Origin: Macrostomum lignano
Lineage: Eukaryota
Length of the DNA stretch: 64,000 nt
Assembly (NCBI GenBank): GCA_002269645.1
Contig: NIVC01002100.1
Coordinates: 1-64,000 of the forward strand
Reading direction: 5' to 3'
Position 1 is the stretch's first letter. The number at the start of each line of letters is the position of its first letter. A program made the translations under genes and the position numbers. Positions 32,901-44,900 of this stretch are shown in pieces. The notes beneath the pieces were generated by a model. It saw only the letters and a program-made list of their open reading frames with translations. It ran no database searches and was not told the DNA's origin.

Positions 32901-35900
32901 GAGTGCACAGGATGCAGTGAGCTGAGTGCACAGGATGCAGTGAGCTGAGTGCACAGGATGCAGTGAGCTGAGTGCACAGGATGCAGTAAGCTGAGTGCAC
33001 AGGATGCAGTGAGCTGAGTGCACAGGATGCAGTGAGCTGAGTGCACAGGATGCAGAGACTTACCTGGCAATGTCTGCATCTGTCTGAGTGAGAAAGGCCT
33101 CAATAAGGCGAATGGCAGTCACGGTCTTGAAGCTGGCGTGCGGGTTGGCAAGGAAGCTCTGGAATTCATCGGTTGGCAGGCGGATGCTGAAGGTGAAATT
33201 GAGATGCAGCAAGCAAGGAAGCAGCTCATGCTACTCACATTCCACAGGCGCACTGGCTGGATGAGGCCCTCCGGGACGCTAGACTCGGCATCGAACGGCA
33301 GCGACACGGTGTCCAGAAACAGCTGCACGCACTGGACCCGCTGCCAGGCCGCACGGGCCTCCGCCGCCGCCTCCTGCGCCAACTGGACGACTTTTGCCAG
33401 AAGGTTCTCGACGGCGGGGCCGCAGTCGCGAACTTGGCGACACCAAGCGGAGCGGTGGCCGGGATTGGTGAGGGCGGCCACCATGCCGGCCCGGCTGAAG
33501 CCCAGCTGGAAGTGCTCGAGCGCGGCCTGCGGGGGGGGGTGGAGTGTGCAATCCTGGCTGCTCAGCTTTGAGCCCGAACTCTCACAGAGGTGCACAGCGG
33601 CTCTGACTCTCTCATCGTTAGTCGTGTGACTTTGGATTTGGGCTGCTCCTGAGATGGCCGCGCAGGCGGAGCTTCAACTCCGAGGGGTCAGGGGGGGGGG
33701 GCAAGGCGAGGTCGCCAACTCACCAGCGGCAGATCGGCGCATCGCCGAACTCCGTCGGCAGCTTCGGTCAGGGAGGCCGCCAGGCCGTCGGCCCGAGCCA
33801 TCAGCGCTGCGGACAGGCGCAGGCAGTCGCGCCACTCAACACTGGCGGCCCAGACGGCCGCGGCGAGCCGGGCGGGCTGCTCAGACTCCGATGAGGCGTC
33901 GGCGGTGGCATCGGTCCGCGCCTGCCGCTCCAGCAGGTCTGCAACGAGGCGGTGGACGTCGGCGCCGGCGTCACCGTTTAGAATCGACGCCCGGGACAGC
34001 AGCAGCAGGTCGCCAGCCAGGGCGGCCGCAACGTCGCCGGAGCCGCCGCAGTCGTCCAGAGCGGCACCTATGGGGGTGCCCGGGAACTCAGACATCAGCT
34101 GGCTGGGCCAGCCTCCGCTGTAGCCCAGGTTTGCGTCGGCCAGTGCCTGCCGCAGTTTGCGCAGCGAGCTGACCACCTCAGCGGCGAAGGGCAGCTGGCA
34201 AGCCGGCTCGTCAGCGGCTGCGGCGACGGAGCCGGCGTTGGGCTGGGCGAAGCGGGTCAGCGCCTCGCAGGCGGCAGTGGATGCGGAGAAGCCTTCGGCG
34301 GGGGTCAGCAAGAGGCGCGCCAGGCGGAGCCACAGGTTTCGCCGCCAGCCGGGGCCGGAGCTGAGGGCGTCCAGGCCGTGGTGCCGGTCGGCGAGGCTGA
34401 GGAATGCGGCCAGCACGGGCGTGGCCTTGCGGCAGAGGACGCGCCAGGCGCTCTCGCTGGAGGGTCGAGCCGGGGAGGGAAATGAGATTGTAGGTTCGAT
34501 CTTCGGACCTTCGGAAAGCAGCCAGAGGCCAGGGGAAATGAGAGAACAGTGGAAGTGGAGGGTGGAGGTGGAAGAGAGGAGGGTGGAAGAGAGGAAGGTG
34601 GGAGAGAGGAGGGTGGGAGAGAGGAGGGTGGGAGAGGAGGGTAGAGAGAGGAGGGTGGGAGAGAGGAGGGTAGAGAGAGGAGGGTGGGAGAGGAGGGTGG
34701 GAGAGGAGGGTGGGAGAGTAGAGAGTGGGAGAGAGGAGGGTGGGGAGAGAGGAGGGTGGGAGAGGAGGGTGGGAGAGTAGAGAGTGGGAGAGGAGGGTGG
34801 GAGAGAGGAGGGTGGGAGAGAGGAGGGTGGGAGAGAGGAGGGTGGGAGAGAGGAGGGTGGGAGAGGAGGGTAGAGAGAGGAGGGTGGGAGAGAGGAGGGT
34901 AGAGAGAGGAGGGTGGGAGAGGAGGGTGGGAGAGGAGGGTGGGAGAGTAGAGAGTGGGAGAGAGGAGGGTGGGGAGAGAGGAGGGTGGGAGAGGAGGGTG
35001 GGAGAGTAGAGAGTGGGAGAGAGGAGGGTGGGAGAGAGGAGGGTGGGAGAGAGGAGGGTGGGAGAGGGGATGGTGGGAGAGTGGAGGGGGGATAGGGAGT
35101 GAGAGAGGAGGATGTGAGAGATGGCAGGGAGGAGCTAGAGGTAGAGGAAGGGGGGAATCGAGACAGAAGGCCAACCAGAATCCGGCAGCTCACGCAAAGG
35201 TCCCGGACTCGAGCACGGACTCCAGACGGGCGGCCTCGTGCCGCAGCCAGAGGCTGCAGTCGTCATAGGCAAGGTAGCTGCAGCTCTCCTCCACGAAGGC
35301 CAGGCCGCGCCACAGGAACTCCAGCACCAGGGCTCGGAAGTCGGGGTCTGCGGGTGGCAGGTTGGAGTGTCGGGGGGTTACTGAGTGGCACTGGGGGATC
35401 AGTGACGACAGCAGTGGCTCAGAGACCAGCTCTCACCTTCGTGGAAGGCGCCAACGAAGATGCTGAACCGCTGGCTGCAGCGGTCAACCGCGGCGGAGCT
35501 GCCGGCCCCGCCAAGTTGGGCCAGGGCAGCGAAAACGCTCGCGTGCACCAGGTGGCCGAGGTCAAAGGTCACGGGCAGATCAGCGGTTGCTTGGCCTTGA
35601 ATATCAGTTGAGAGAAGACTTTGGGAATCTTGCGAAGGTTCTCAAAATGGCCTTCTTGTGTCTGCTCTCTATGGTCCTGCATAGAGACTACCGACTCCGC
35701 GTGTCTATCCCGTCTCCTTTCCATCTTTCCCGTCTAGACCACCATCCCAGCTCCCTTCTTTAAACCTCCATCTCTAAACCTGTCTCTACATTTTATCTCT
35801 ACCATCCATCTCTACCCTCCATCTCTACCCTCCATCTCTACCCTCCATCTCTACCCTCCATCTCTACCCTCCATCTCTACCCTCCATCTCTACCCTCCAT

Positions 35901-38900
35901 CTCTACCCTCCATCTCTACTCTCCATCTCTACCCTCCATCTCTACCCTCCATCTCTACCCTCCATCTCTACCCTCCATCTCTACTCTCCGTCTAAACCCT
36001 CAATCTTTAAACCTCTGTCTTAAACGATCAATCTTTAAACCTCTGTCTTAAACCCTCCATCTTTAAACCTCAGCTGTCTTAAACCCTCCATCTTTAAACC
36101 TCAGCTGTCTTAAACCCTCAATCTTTAAACCTCTGTCTTAAACCCTCCATCTTTAAACCTCAGCTGTCTTAAACCCTCAATCTTTAAACCTCTGTCTTAA
36201 ACCCTCCATCTTTAAACCTCAGCTGTCTTAAACCCTCCATCTTTAAACCTCAGCTGTCTTAAACCCTCAATCTTTAAACCTCTGTCTTAAACCCTCCATC
36301 TTTAAACCTCAGCTGTCTTAAACCCTCAATCTTTAAACCTCTGTCTTAAACCCTCCGTCTTTAAACCTCTGTCTTAAACCCTCCGTCTTTAAACCTCTGT
36401 CTTAAACCCTCAATCTTTAAACCTCTGTCTTAAACCCTCAATCTTTAAACCTCTGTCTTAAACCCTCCGTCTTTAAACCTCTGTCTTAAACCCTCCGTCT
36501 TTAAACCTCTGTCTTAAACCCTCAATCTTTAAACCTCTGTCTTAAACCCTCCGTCTTTAAACCTCTGTCTTAAACCCTCCGTCTTTAAACCTCTGTCTTA
36601 AACCCTCCGTCTTTAAACCTCTGTCTTAAACCCTCCATCTTTAAACCTCTGTCTTAAACCCTCCGTCTCTACTCTGCGTTTCTAAATATCTGTCTCTAAA
36701 CTCCTGTCTCTATCGTCCGCTTCAACTCTCCCCATCAATCAGTCAGCAGCCACAAACCGCTCGCCAGCTGCTTAGCGATGGCGGACACGGGCGCCGGCGC
36801 CAGGCCCTGCACATGCAGCGCCGCCGTGGCCGCCGACGAGTCGACGTGCATCGACAGCCAGGCGCCGGACTCGAAGCCGCGGAACGGGTTGGCGCGCGAC
36901 CGGTGCAGCCGCAGGCAGAGCAGCACGCGCCGGTCCCCGGAATGCAGCGGCTCTGCAGCTCCGGCAACGCCGCTGGCGGGCAGCGCAACGCCCTCGATGC
37001 AGTGCTTCGCCGAGGCCACCAGCCCGGCGGAGGCGGCGGCGTGGGCGGCGTCCAGCTGCAGCAGCAGCGTCCGCTCAGCCCGGGCCCCACCAACGAAGGC
37101 CCTGAGGAAGTCGGAGAACTGGCCCTCGGTCTCGAAGCTGCTGAGGTTGACGCTGATGAGGCCGCCCAGTTCCGGGCAGTCGGCGGCCAGCTGCTGCGAC
37201 TCGGCCTCCGACATCAGCTGATCGAATGACGTCACCTGCAGCAGGCGGTGGCGCGGCCAGGCCCGGAGCGCGGAGCGAAGGCGCTGAGCCAGGCGCTGAC
37301 CGGGACGGAAGGCGGCGCTCTCAGGGTCGATGGCGGTTTCCTAGAATTAAGAGAGAAGCGAAATTTCTCAAGCCGTGAATTGCGGAATCAAGGAGAAAGC
37401 CACCGTGCAAATTGATGATGAGGCGGGTGAAGATGAGATGGAGTGAAGAGGAGGTGGGGTGAAGAGGAGGTGGGGTGAAGAGGAGGTGGGGTGAAGATGA
37501 TGTGGGGTGAAGATGATGTGGAGTGAAGATGATGTGGAGTGAAGGGTGACGATGAGGTGTGGTGAAGATGATGTGGGGTGAAGGGTGACGATGAGGTTTG
37601 GTGAAGATGAGGAGGGGTGAAGATGAGGTGGAGTGAAGGGTGACGATGAGGTGTGGTGAAGATGAGGAGGGGTGAAGATGATGTGGGGTGAAGGGTGACG
37701 ATGAGGTGTGGTGAAGATGAGGTAGGGTGAAGATGAGATGTGGTGTAGGATAAGATGAGGTGGGGTGAAGATGAGTTGGCGTGAAGATGAGGTGTGGTGA
37801 AGATGAGGTAGGGTGAAGATGAGGTGTGGTGAAGGGTAAAATGAGGTGGGGTGAAGATGAGGTGCGGTGAAGATGATGTGGGGTGAAGATGAGGTGCGGT
37901 GAAGATGATGTGAGGTGAAGATGAGGTGAGGTGAAGATGAGGTGGTTTGAGAACCCGAGCAGTTGCAGCTCAGCTCACCAGCAGAGGCGAGTCCTGGGCC
38001 AGCCTGAAGTAGCAGTCGGGGCTGGCGGTCAGCATCAGCCGCTGAACGACTCGCAGCCGCAGTTTCGCCTCGTCAATGACGGTCTCACAGATGCCGCTTG
38101 CGTCAGCTGACTGCTGAGGCCACAGCTCAAGCAGCAGGGCGGCCACGCTGTCGTCATGGTAACCGATGAGAACATCAGACAGGGTTGCTTGGCCCTGAAG
38201 CAGCTCAGCCTTCAGATAGCTGACAATGGCCTCGCAGAGTTGTTTCTGCTTTGAATTGAGCAGGGAGTCCAGGCACAGGCGGTGCTTCTCCATGCGGTTG
38301 ATGAGCGGGATGGGGAACCGGTCCATTACGGTGTCGCGGTCCGCCACCACCACGATGCGGAAGTTCTCGTGGATTTTGCACTTCAGCCTGGCGGGGCACA
38401 ATGAGGAACAGTTATATTTGCACGATTTACCCTTCGAGCATCGATTCAGGTGGGGTCCCAGCTCAGCAGTTGAAGCTACAGACTCAGAAACGCCGCAAGT
38501 GCAAACATTTTGATAGCTGAGCTCACCTGTGAGTCCCCAGTCCCAGGTCGACGTAGCGCTGCCCGCCGCAGGTCTCATAGTACTGGTTGAGCACATCGTA
38601 CAGAGACTCGTACAGCGAATCCATATTCATGAGCACAACGGTCTCGCCTCGCTCCATGGCCAGCTTGATCTTGTTGATGTCGCGGCACACCTTGGTGTAC
38701 AGCTGGTCGTGCGGGAAGCTGCTGCCGAAGATGACGGTGGACTGGCGGCCGCCGGGCCGGCGCAGCAGCGCCTTGAAGCCGGCCAGGTTCTGCGTGACCA
38801 GCAACAGGTAGCGCTCCTCGGGGTCGCGCGTCTCCAGCGCCGCGTCCAGCACGAGCTTCGCCAGGCCTCTGTGCGCGTCGTCAGGCTGGCCGCCATTCAG

Positions 38901-41900
38901 ACGGAGGAACTCCTTCACCGGGTCCACCTCCTCCAGGCCCCCGAAGTTCTTGGTAGCGCAGCGCAGGGTGACGGCGGCCCCGTCGGCGGCGTCTGGGGCA
39001 GTCGCAGAGCGGCGCGAGTCCTTCACCAGGCTAAAGAAGTCGCGCAGGCCGAAGAACTCGCGGCCAACTCGATCAATAGCGGTCTTGTGGATCTGGGGAA
39101 CAACAGGGGTGGGCGAGATTGACTGGACTGACTGACTGACTGATTGACTGGACTGGAGCAAACATTAGGATGGCATCATCTGTCAGGGGAGCACACATCA
39201 GGATGGGATCAAAGCTCGCCAAGCCGCTCTCTTCACCCTGATGAGCAACCAGCCTGCTCACCCCGAGGTAGAACTCGGCCAGGCGATCCCAGTCCTCCGA
39301 CTTTCCGTCTCTGCAGATGCCCCTGGCTGTGGCCACCAGCTCGTTGCGATCCGGCACGTCCCGCTGCACGTAGAGGCCGCGGTTCATCTTGGCCGGGTCC
39401 AGCGCCCAGTTGGAAATGCCGACGAACGCCACCTTGCGGCACTCGGGCGGCAGCGACTCCTCGCTGTCCTCGTCGGCTGGCCCCGCCTCCTCGATGCAGC
39501 CGTCCTCCAGCAGCGGGTGTAGACTCTTCAACGGCATGTCCGGGCTGTCCTCAGCGAGGCCGACCTCCTCCAGCACCACGACGGCGACAAACTCGTCCTG
39601 CGGTTTGCCTCTCTGCAGCATGGCGCACTGCTGGAAGGTCTGGATGATGCCGTCCGAGGTGGACCAGGGCGAGCACTGGAAGGCCAGCATGTGGGTGTTC
39701 GGCAGCTCCTTGTAGGCGTCGGAGGCGGAGTTGCGGCCCAGCATGCGGCTGCGCACGATGGTCTTGGCAAGGGACTTGGAGCTGCCCGGCTTGCCCACCA
39801 GGAACAGCGGCAGGCGCAGGCTGATGCACACCACCATCATGAACACGTTCTCGCGCAGGGCGCCGTTCTTGGAGATGCCTGGCGGCAGGGGCACCTCGTT
39901 GCTGATAAACACCTCTTGGCACCGTTTCAGCAGCTCTTCAATTTGCAACGGGCTAAGGTTGTCAAAGCAGGTGTGGCGCCGCAGTAGCTTTGCCAGTAGC
40001 TTTATATAATCCTCCTTGAAGGCAGCGCTGAGGCGGCTCAGGTAGCAGACGGACATGGCAACAATGAGCGCGCAGGTAATCTTATTGACGGTAGGCTCTC
40101 TGTGAGCTGCATGGAGTCTGCGGTAGCCGAACGCCCAGTTCATCACCCGCAGCGCCTTGTCGACTTCCCGCAGCGACACGAAGCGGCTCTCGTCGCTGAA
40201 GCCGCGCATGAATCGCTGCGACTCGCAGACGGCGTCGGCCACGGCGTCAGCGTGCGGCCGCGCCTCAGCGGGCAGGCCGGACTTGAGCATCCGCAGGGCG
40301 TACTGGCTCTCGGCCTCGCTGGACAGGCTGCCAAAGTCCCACAGCAGGCTGACCAGGCTGAGCGGCATTGGCCGCACCCGGTAAACCAGGTGGCGCATCG
40401 GCAGGTCGCCGAAGCGGTCGGCAGTTTCCTCCTTGCGCACCCGGTAGCCAAGCCCGCTGCTCTCCAGCCGGTCGATCATCTCGTCCGTGTGCCGCCTGTA
40501 GGGGTTGCAGGCCGCCACGAAGCGCAGGCAGCCGTCGGGGTCCACCGGGTGGCCGTGCAGGCGGCGGTCGCACATGACCTCCTTGATCAGGCCGACAGCA
40601 TTGGTGCTGTTTACCTCGTCGAAGAACAGAATCGTGAACAGGCCCGGCACCAAGCGGCTGTTCTTGCGGGCGAGCCTCTCCGCCCGACGGACGGCGTCTT
40701 CGATGGCCCGCTCTGTGGTGCCTCCGTGCACCTTCAGCACCAGCATGTTGTCCACGCCTTCAGCGCTCTGCGGCAGCATCAGCCGGGCCAGGAAGCGGAC
40801 CAGGCGAGTCTTGCCGCAGCCGGTCTCGCCCATGACAACCACCGGCAGGTTGCAGCGGAAGCGCATGTACACCGCCAGCATCTTGCGCGCGTTGTCCGCT
40901 GTCAGCTCGTAGGATGGGTCGGGATCGGCCGTGTTTTCGGAGCCGAGGATGCGGCGCAGACAGTCGAGCTTGTCCGTCCGGCTGCGGTTCTCGAAGTTGT
41001 CGCTGAGAGGCGCGCGGTTTCGCACAAGGGCCTGCACCAGGGCCTGGGTCATGACACCGCGGCGCAGCACCTGCCCGGTGGCCACGCCGATCAGGTTGCC
41101 GGCCGCGTCCACGGAGAAGCCAACAAAGGAGAAGGTGCAGTCGTGGTTAAAGAACAGGTAGGGGTGGTCCTCGTCCTCCCAGTGGCGGCGCAGGGCGAAC
41201 TGCTCGATCCGCTCCGGCCCGGCGTCCTCCTCCTGTGCAGCCCGGCCGGTGCCCGCGCTGGCGCTCTCGTCGGCAATGCGCAGCGACCGGGTGGCGAAGT
41301 CCTTCGCCATGAGCAGCATCGAGTCCACCACGAACTGGCGAAAGCCCGGCAGGTCCTCCTGGGCCGCGGCGCTGCAGAAGTCTGACTCCTCGAAGTCGCG
41401 CAGCTGGCGATCGAGGAAGCGGCAGAAGGTGGCCAGCTCCAGCCAGCTGGGGTCGCGGAGGCCGCAGTTGCCAGTCAGCGTTTCTAGGGCCGCCACAGCT
41501 GTGACGGGAGCAGCGTTCACCTGTCGCAGAAGGTGGCGCGCCGGCCGCTGAATCCAGTCATCGGCGAGGCTCAGCTCGTCCCAGAAGCAGCCATCGGATC
41601 CGGACGCGGCTCCGGCGCGCATGCGGCCGAGGGTTTCCGCCGGCGTGACGCAGCGGACGGTGGGCAGGAAGCGGATGGTCTGCAGCGCGCCGAGCCGCAG
41701 CGGCGAGTGCTCCAGCAGAAAGACGTCGCGGGGTGACCGCCGCCAGACGAAGCCCTTGGAGCTCCGCAGGGCACCGAGAAGCAGCAATTGAGCCAGCGCC
41801 TCGTCCAGGTCTTCGCGAACCTCCCTGGCGATGTCCAGGTGAAACACCCTGCGCGTCACTGCCGCTTCGCTGTCGGTCGCGTCCGCTGAGCACAGAAATT

Positions 41901-44900
41901 CGTACAGCCGGTTCGGCTCAAACGTGGCGGCATGCCAGGAAAAAATCCGCGGCTTGGCCGGCCCGGCCAGGCGCTGGCAGCGCAGCGACTTGCCCATGCC
42001 GGGCCTCGCCGACGTCACCAGCGTAACCTGCGCCGCCGACTCAGCGCCTCCGAGCTGGCCGCACGCCCACGCCACGACCTCCCGCTCCGAAGGCACGCGG
42101 ACAGCGTCCTGTACGAAATGGCCGAGGGCGGCGCACAGAGGCCCGCCGGAGCGGCGTCCGGCTTCCGTGAGCACAGCCAGCAGTCGGCTGGAAGAGGAGG
42201 CGCCCGAACTGAACTGGTTGAGCAGCTGCGTGAGATGCGACTCAGCGCAGCAGCTGAGCTCATAGGGCAGCCGTTCCGCCCATAGCAACACGAACAGACG
42301 GTCGGGGCGGCCAGCAGCCGAAGGGCTCAGCGCCCGGTCGAGAAAGAGACGCAGCTCCTCTCGCTCAGTTCTACGGCTGCAGCAGAGAACCTCAGCGGGC
42401 AGCGGCAGTCGGTTGAAGGCCAGGCGAAATGCGTCCAAGCAGGTGAGCAGCTGCTGGCCCTCCGGCATCGACACGGCAGTCAGCCCGGGCAGAGGCAGCA
42501 TCGACAGCGGCGTCGGAGCCAGCGAAGGCGACATTCGAGGGGCCTCCAAGTTGTCCAGGAACTGCGCCAGCTGACTGAAACTCAGCGACCGGAAGCTCGC
42601 AAGCTGCCCGCCGGTGCCGTCCAGGAAGCGCCGCCACACAGGCGTCAGAACCTCGGCCACGCCGGCTGCATAAGACGGAGCCGATTCGCATGGAGACGCA
42701 CAGGGAGACTCGATCGCAGAGTCAGTGGAAGCTCCCAGCACTGCCTGCAGGGTCGTGACTGCCTCTTCGGCTGTAGCATTGGGGACGGCGAACCGCAGTA
42801 GGTGAAGCAGGCTGGGACACGGCCGGTCCTGCTCGAGCAGCTCCTCGGCCAGGTGAGTCTGCAGGAACCGCAGCTGCCTGGCGCCGAACAGGTTGAGCAC
42901 GGGATGCTGCCGCCGCTCCGCTGCCACCCGCTGCTGCCACTCCTCCCGGCAGGTTAGCAGGAACTCCACGGCCTGCCGGATGCCGTTAATCGGGTCGGCC
43001 ACGGTGAAGCGGTCGGAGCGAGGCCGCAGGCGCTGACTCAGCTTCAGAGTCAGATTGTCTACCGAGCCTGGCTTGAGCAGGGCCTCGACTGTCAGGTTCT
43101 CAAACAGAGGACAGCAGTCGCTGCCCAGGCCATCGCACAGACTGACCAGCCTGGCGAACAGATTGGTGAGCTCGATGAAGCTGTTGAACATGGCCTGGTC
43201 AGCGTCCGACTGGCCGATGATCAGCATGAGCTTCGACTGCAAGTCCTGCACGTCCTCCAAAGCCAGGGTCCGGCCGTCGATCTCCAGCTCGAACTCGGTG
43301 GGGTCCCGGGCCCGCACTCGCAGCTTGCCGGCTGTGGCAACAGCCTTCACCCTGCTGACGGTGCTCCGCTCCACGGTGCCCTTGCTGGAGTTGACCTCCT
43401 GAAGCCAGTCAACGCGATCGCTTGAGTCCAAGAGATGCTGCACCAGCAGGCAATTCTGGCAGTCCTTGGCGCCGGGCTGGCAGGCCTTCGCGCAGGCCTG
43501 GCACGGCTTCAGCACCCGCTGAGAGTTCTGTTGGATTTGCTGCAGAGTCACCTGGCCATCGCAGCTCAGCAGGTCGTAGATCAAAGGCTCGAAGCCGACA
43601 ACAGCCTGGTAGAAGCACTCGATCTTGGCCTGCTCCATCGCGCCTGCGTCACCGGTGTAAATCATGGCCAGGTCGAAGAAAGTTTTCAGATCGTCCTTCT
43701 TCAGGTGTTGCCGAGTCCACTTCACCAGCTCGTGAGCTTTCCCGAAGGCTTCCAGGACTTCCAGCAGCATGGGCTCGCGCAGCATGTCCTTTAGCAGTTC
43801 ATTCGCCTCCAACTTGCTGACCCGGATGTCCTTGAACTTCAGCGTATCCGCGGTCGCCTCCACCTCTGTGAGGTCCTTGAGCTTGTCGTCCATGTCAATG
43901 CTGTAGTTCTGGTAGATAGTGCACAGAGCAGCGCACAGCCGATCATTCTTAGTCTTGCTGCGGATGAAGTTGATTTTGCGTCTGAGACTGTCGACCTCTC
44001 TCTTTATCAGTCCCGCAGTCGCCAGTTCTGCTTCAAGCTTTTTAGCGTCCTGGAAAATCTCCTCGCCAAGGAAACGCTTGGCAGCATCGACCGTCATGTC
44101 CTCATCTTTTAGCCGCTTCACTTGGCGCTTCCATTCAGCCACGGCTACTTGGATCGTGTCCAGCACCGCGTTAGCGTCCAGGCACTGCTCCTCCGCAGCC
44201 GTCTCCTCAGCAGCCTGCTCGGTCTCTTCAAGCACAATTTCCTCAATCGCGACCTCCTCAGCTTCAAGACGGTCATCCAGGCCGCAGTAGCGGCTGCGAA
44301 CGCGAGAGCGAAGGAGTTCGGCAAAGCTGGCGCTGCGGCTGAAGAATCCCGACTTTCGAATGTTGGCCAGCAGGCTCCGATGCTTCTCGTCGATTCCGAA
44401 GGCTACAAGCTGCAGCGCCCAACGCTCGCCCGCCTGTTGCACCGTCAGATCGCCGATTCGCATGCGCTGCAGAGCCGCCAAAGGCTTGCGCACTGCCGCA
44501 ATGTCGTCTAAAAAAGAAAATTTTCAGAGGGAGTACTGCGGGTGTTGGATAAGATTTATACAGCGCTTCTGGCTGCCGTCGAATCCAAACTTTTTGATAT
44601 ATACTTAGCAACACTGAAAAGTCGCCACTCTATGCGCCAGTGAGCAATTTCTCTTGGACTATTCTGAAATATAAAAGATAAAAGAAAACTCATCGGGGCA
44701 GCTTAAATCCGTCCAACCCTCGCACACCGCTCGCCCCACATCATTCCTCAACTCAAGTCTGCCGCGGCGTAGCTGAGTTGCGTCACTCGCAAAGATTGAG
44801 AGACTTAACCTGCCATCTCAAAAGTGGCGACCACAGACGGAATCTTCTGTGATGGCGACTTTTCGTTGTTGCTAAGTATACTCTCAGCTCGCAAGCAATG

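Noticed and set aside
26986-33023. His/Cys-rich repetitive ORFs (HHHTSCS, HSAHCILC, PAPAHC, GIVGHFGDC) as metal-binding proteins
   Set aside because: All are translations of intronic minisatellites between phase-matched RNF213 exons.
33688-35268. Pro/Ser/Leu-rich or RGG-like ORFs
   Set aside because: Derived from the purine-rich intronic repeat; the real exon starts at 34456.
39144-44290. Many overlapping plus-strand and off-frame ORFs
   Set aside because: Shadow ORFs of a GC-rich coding exon.
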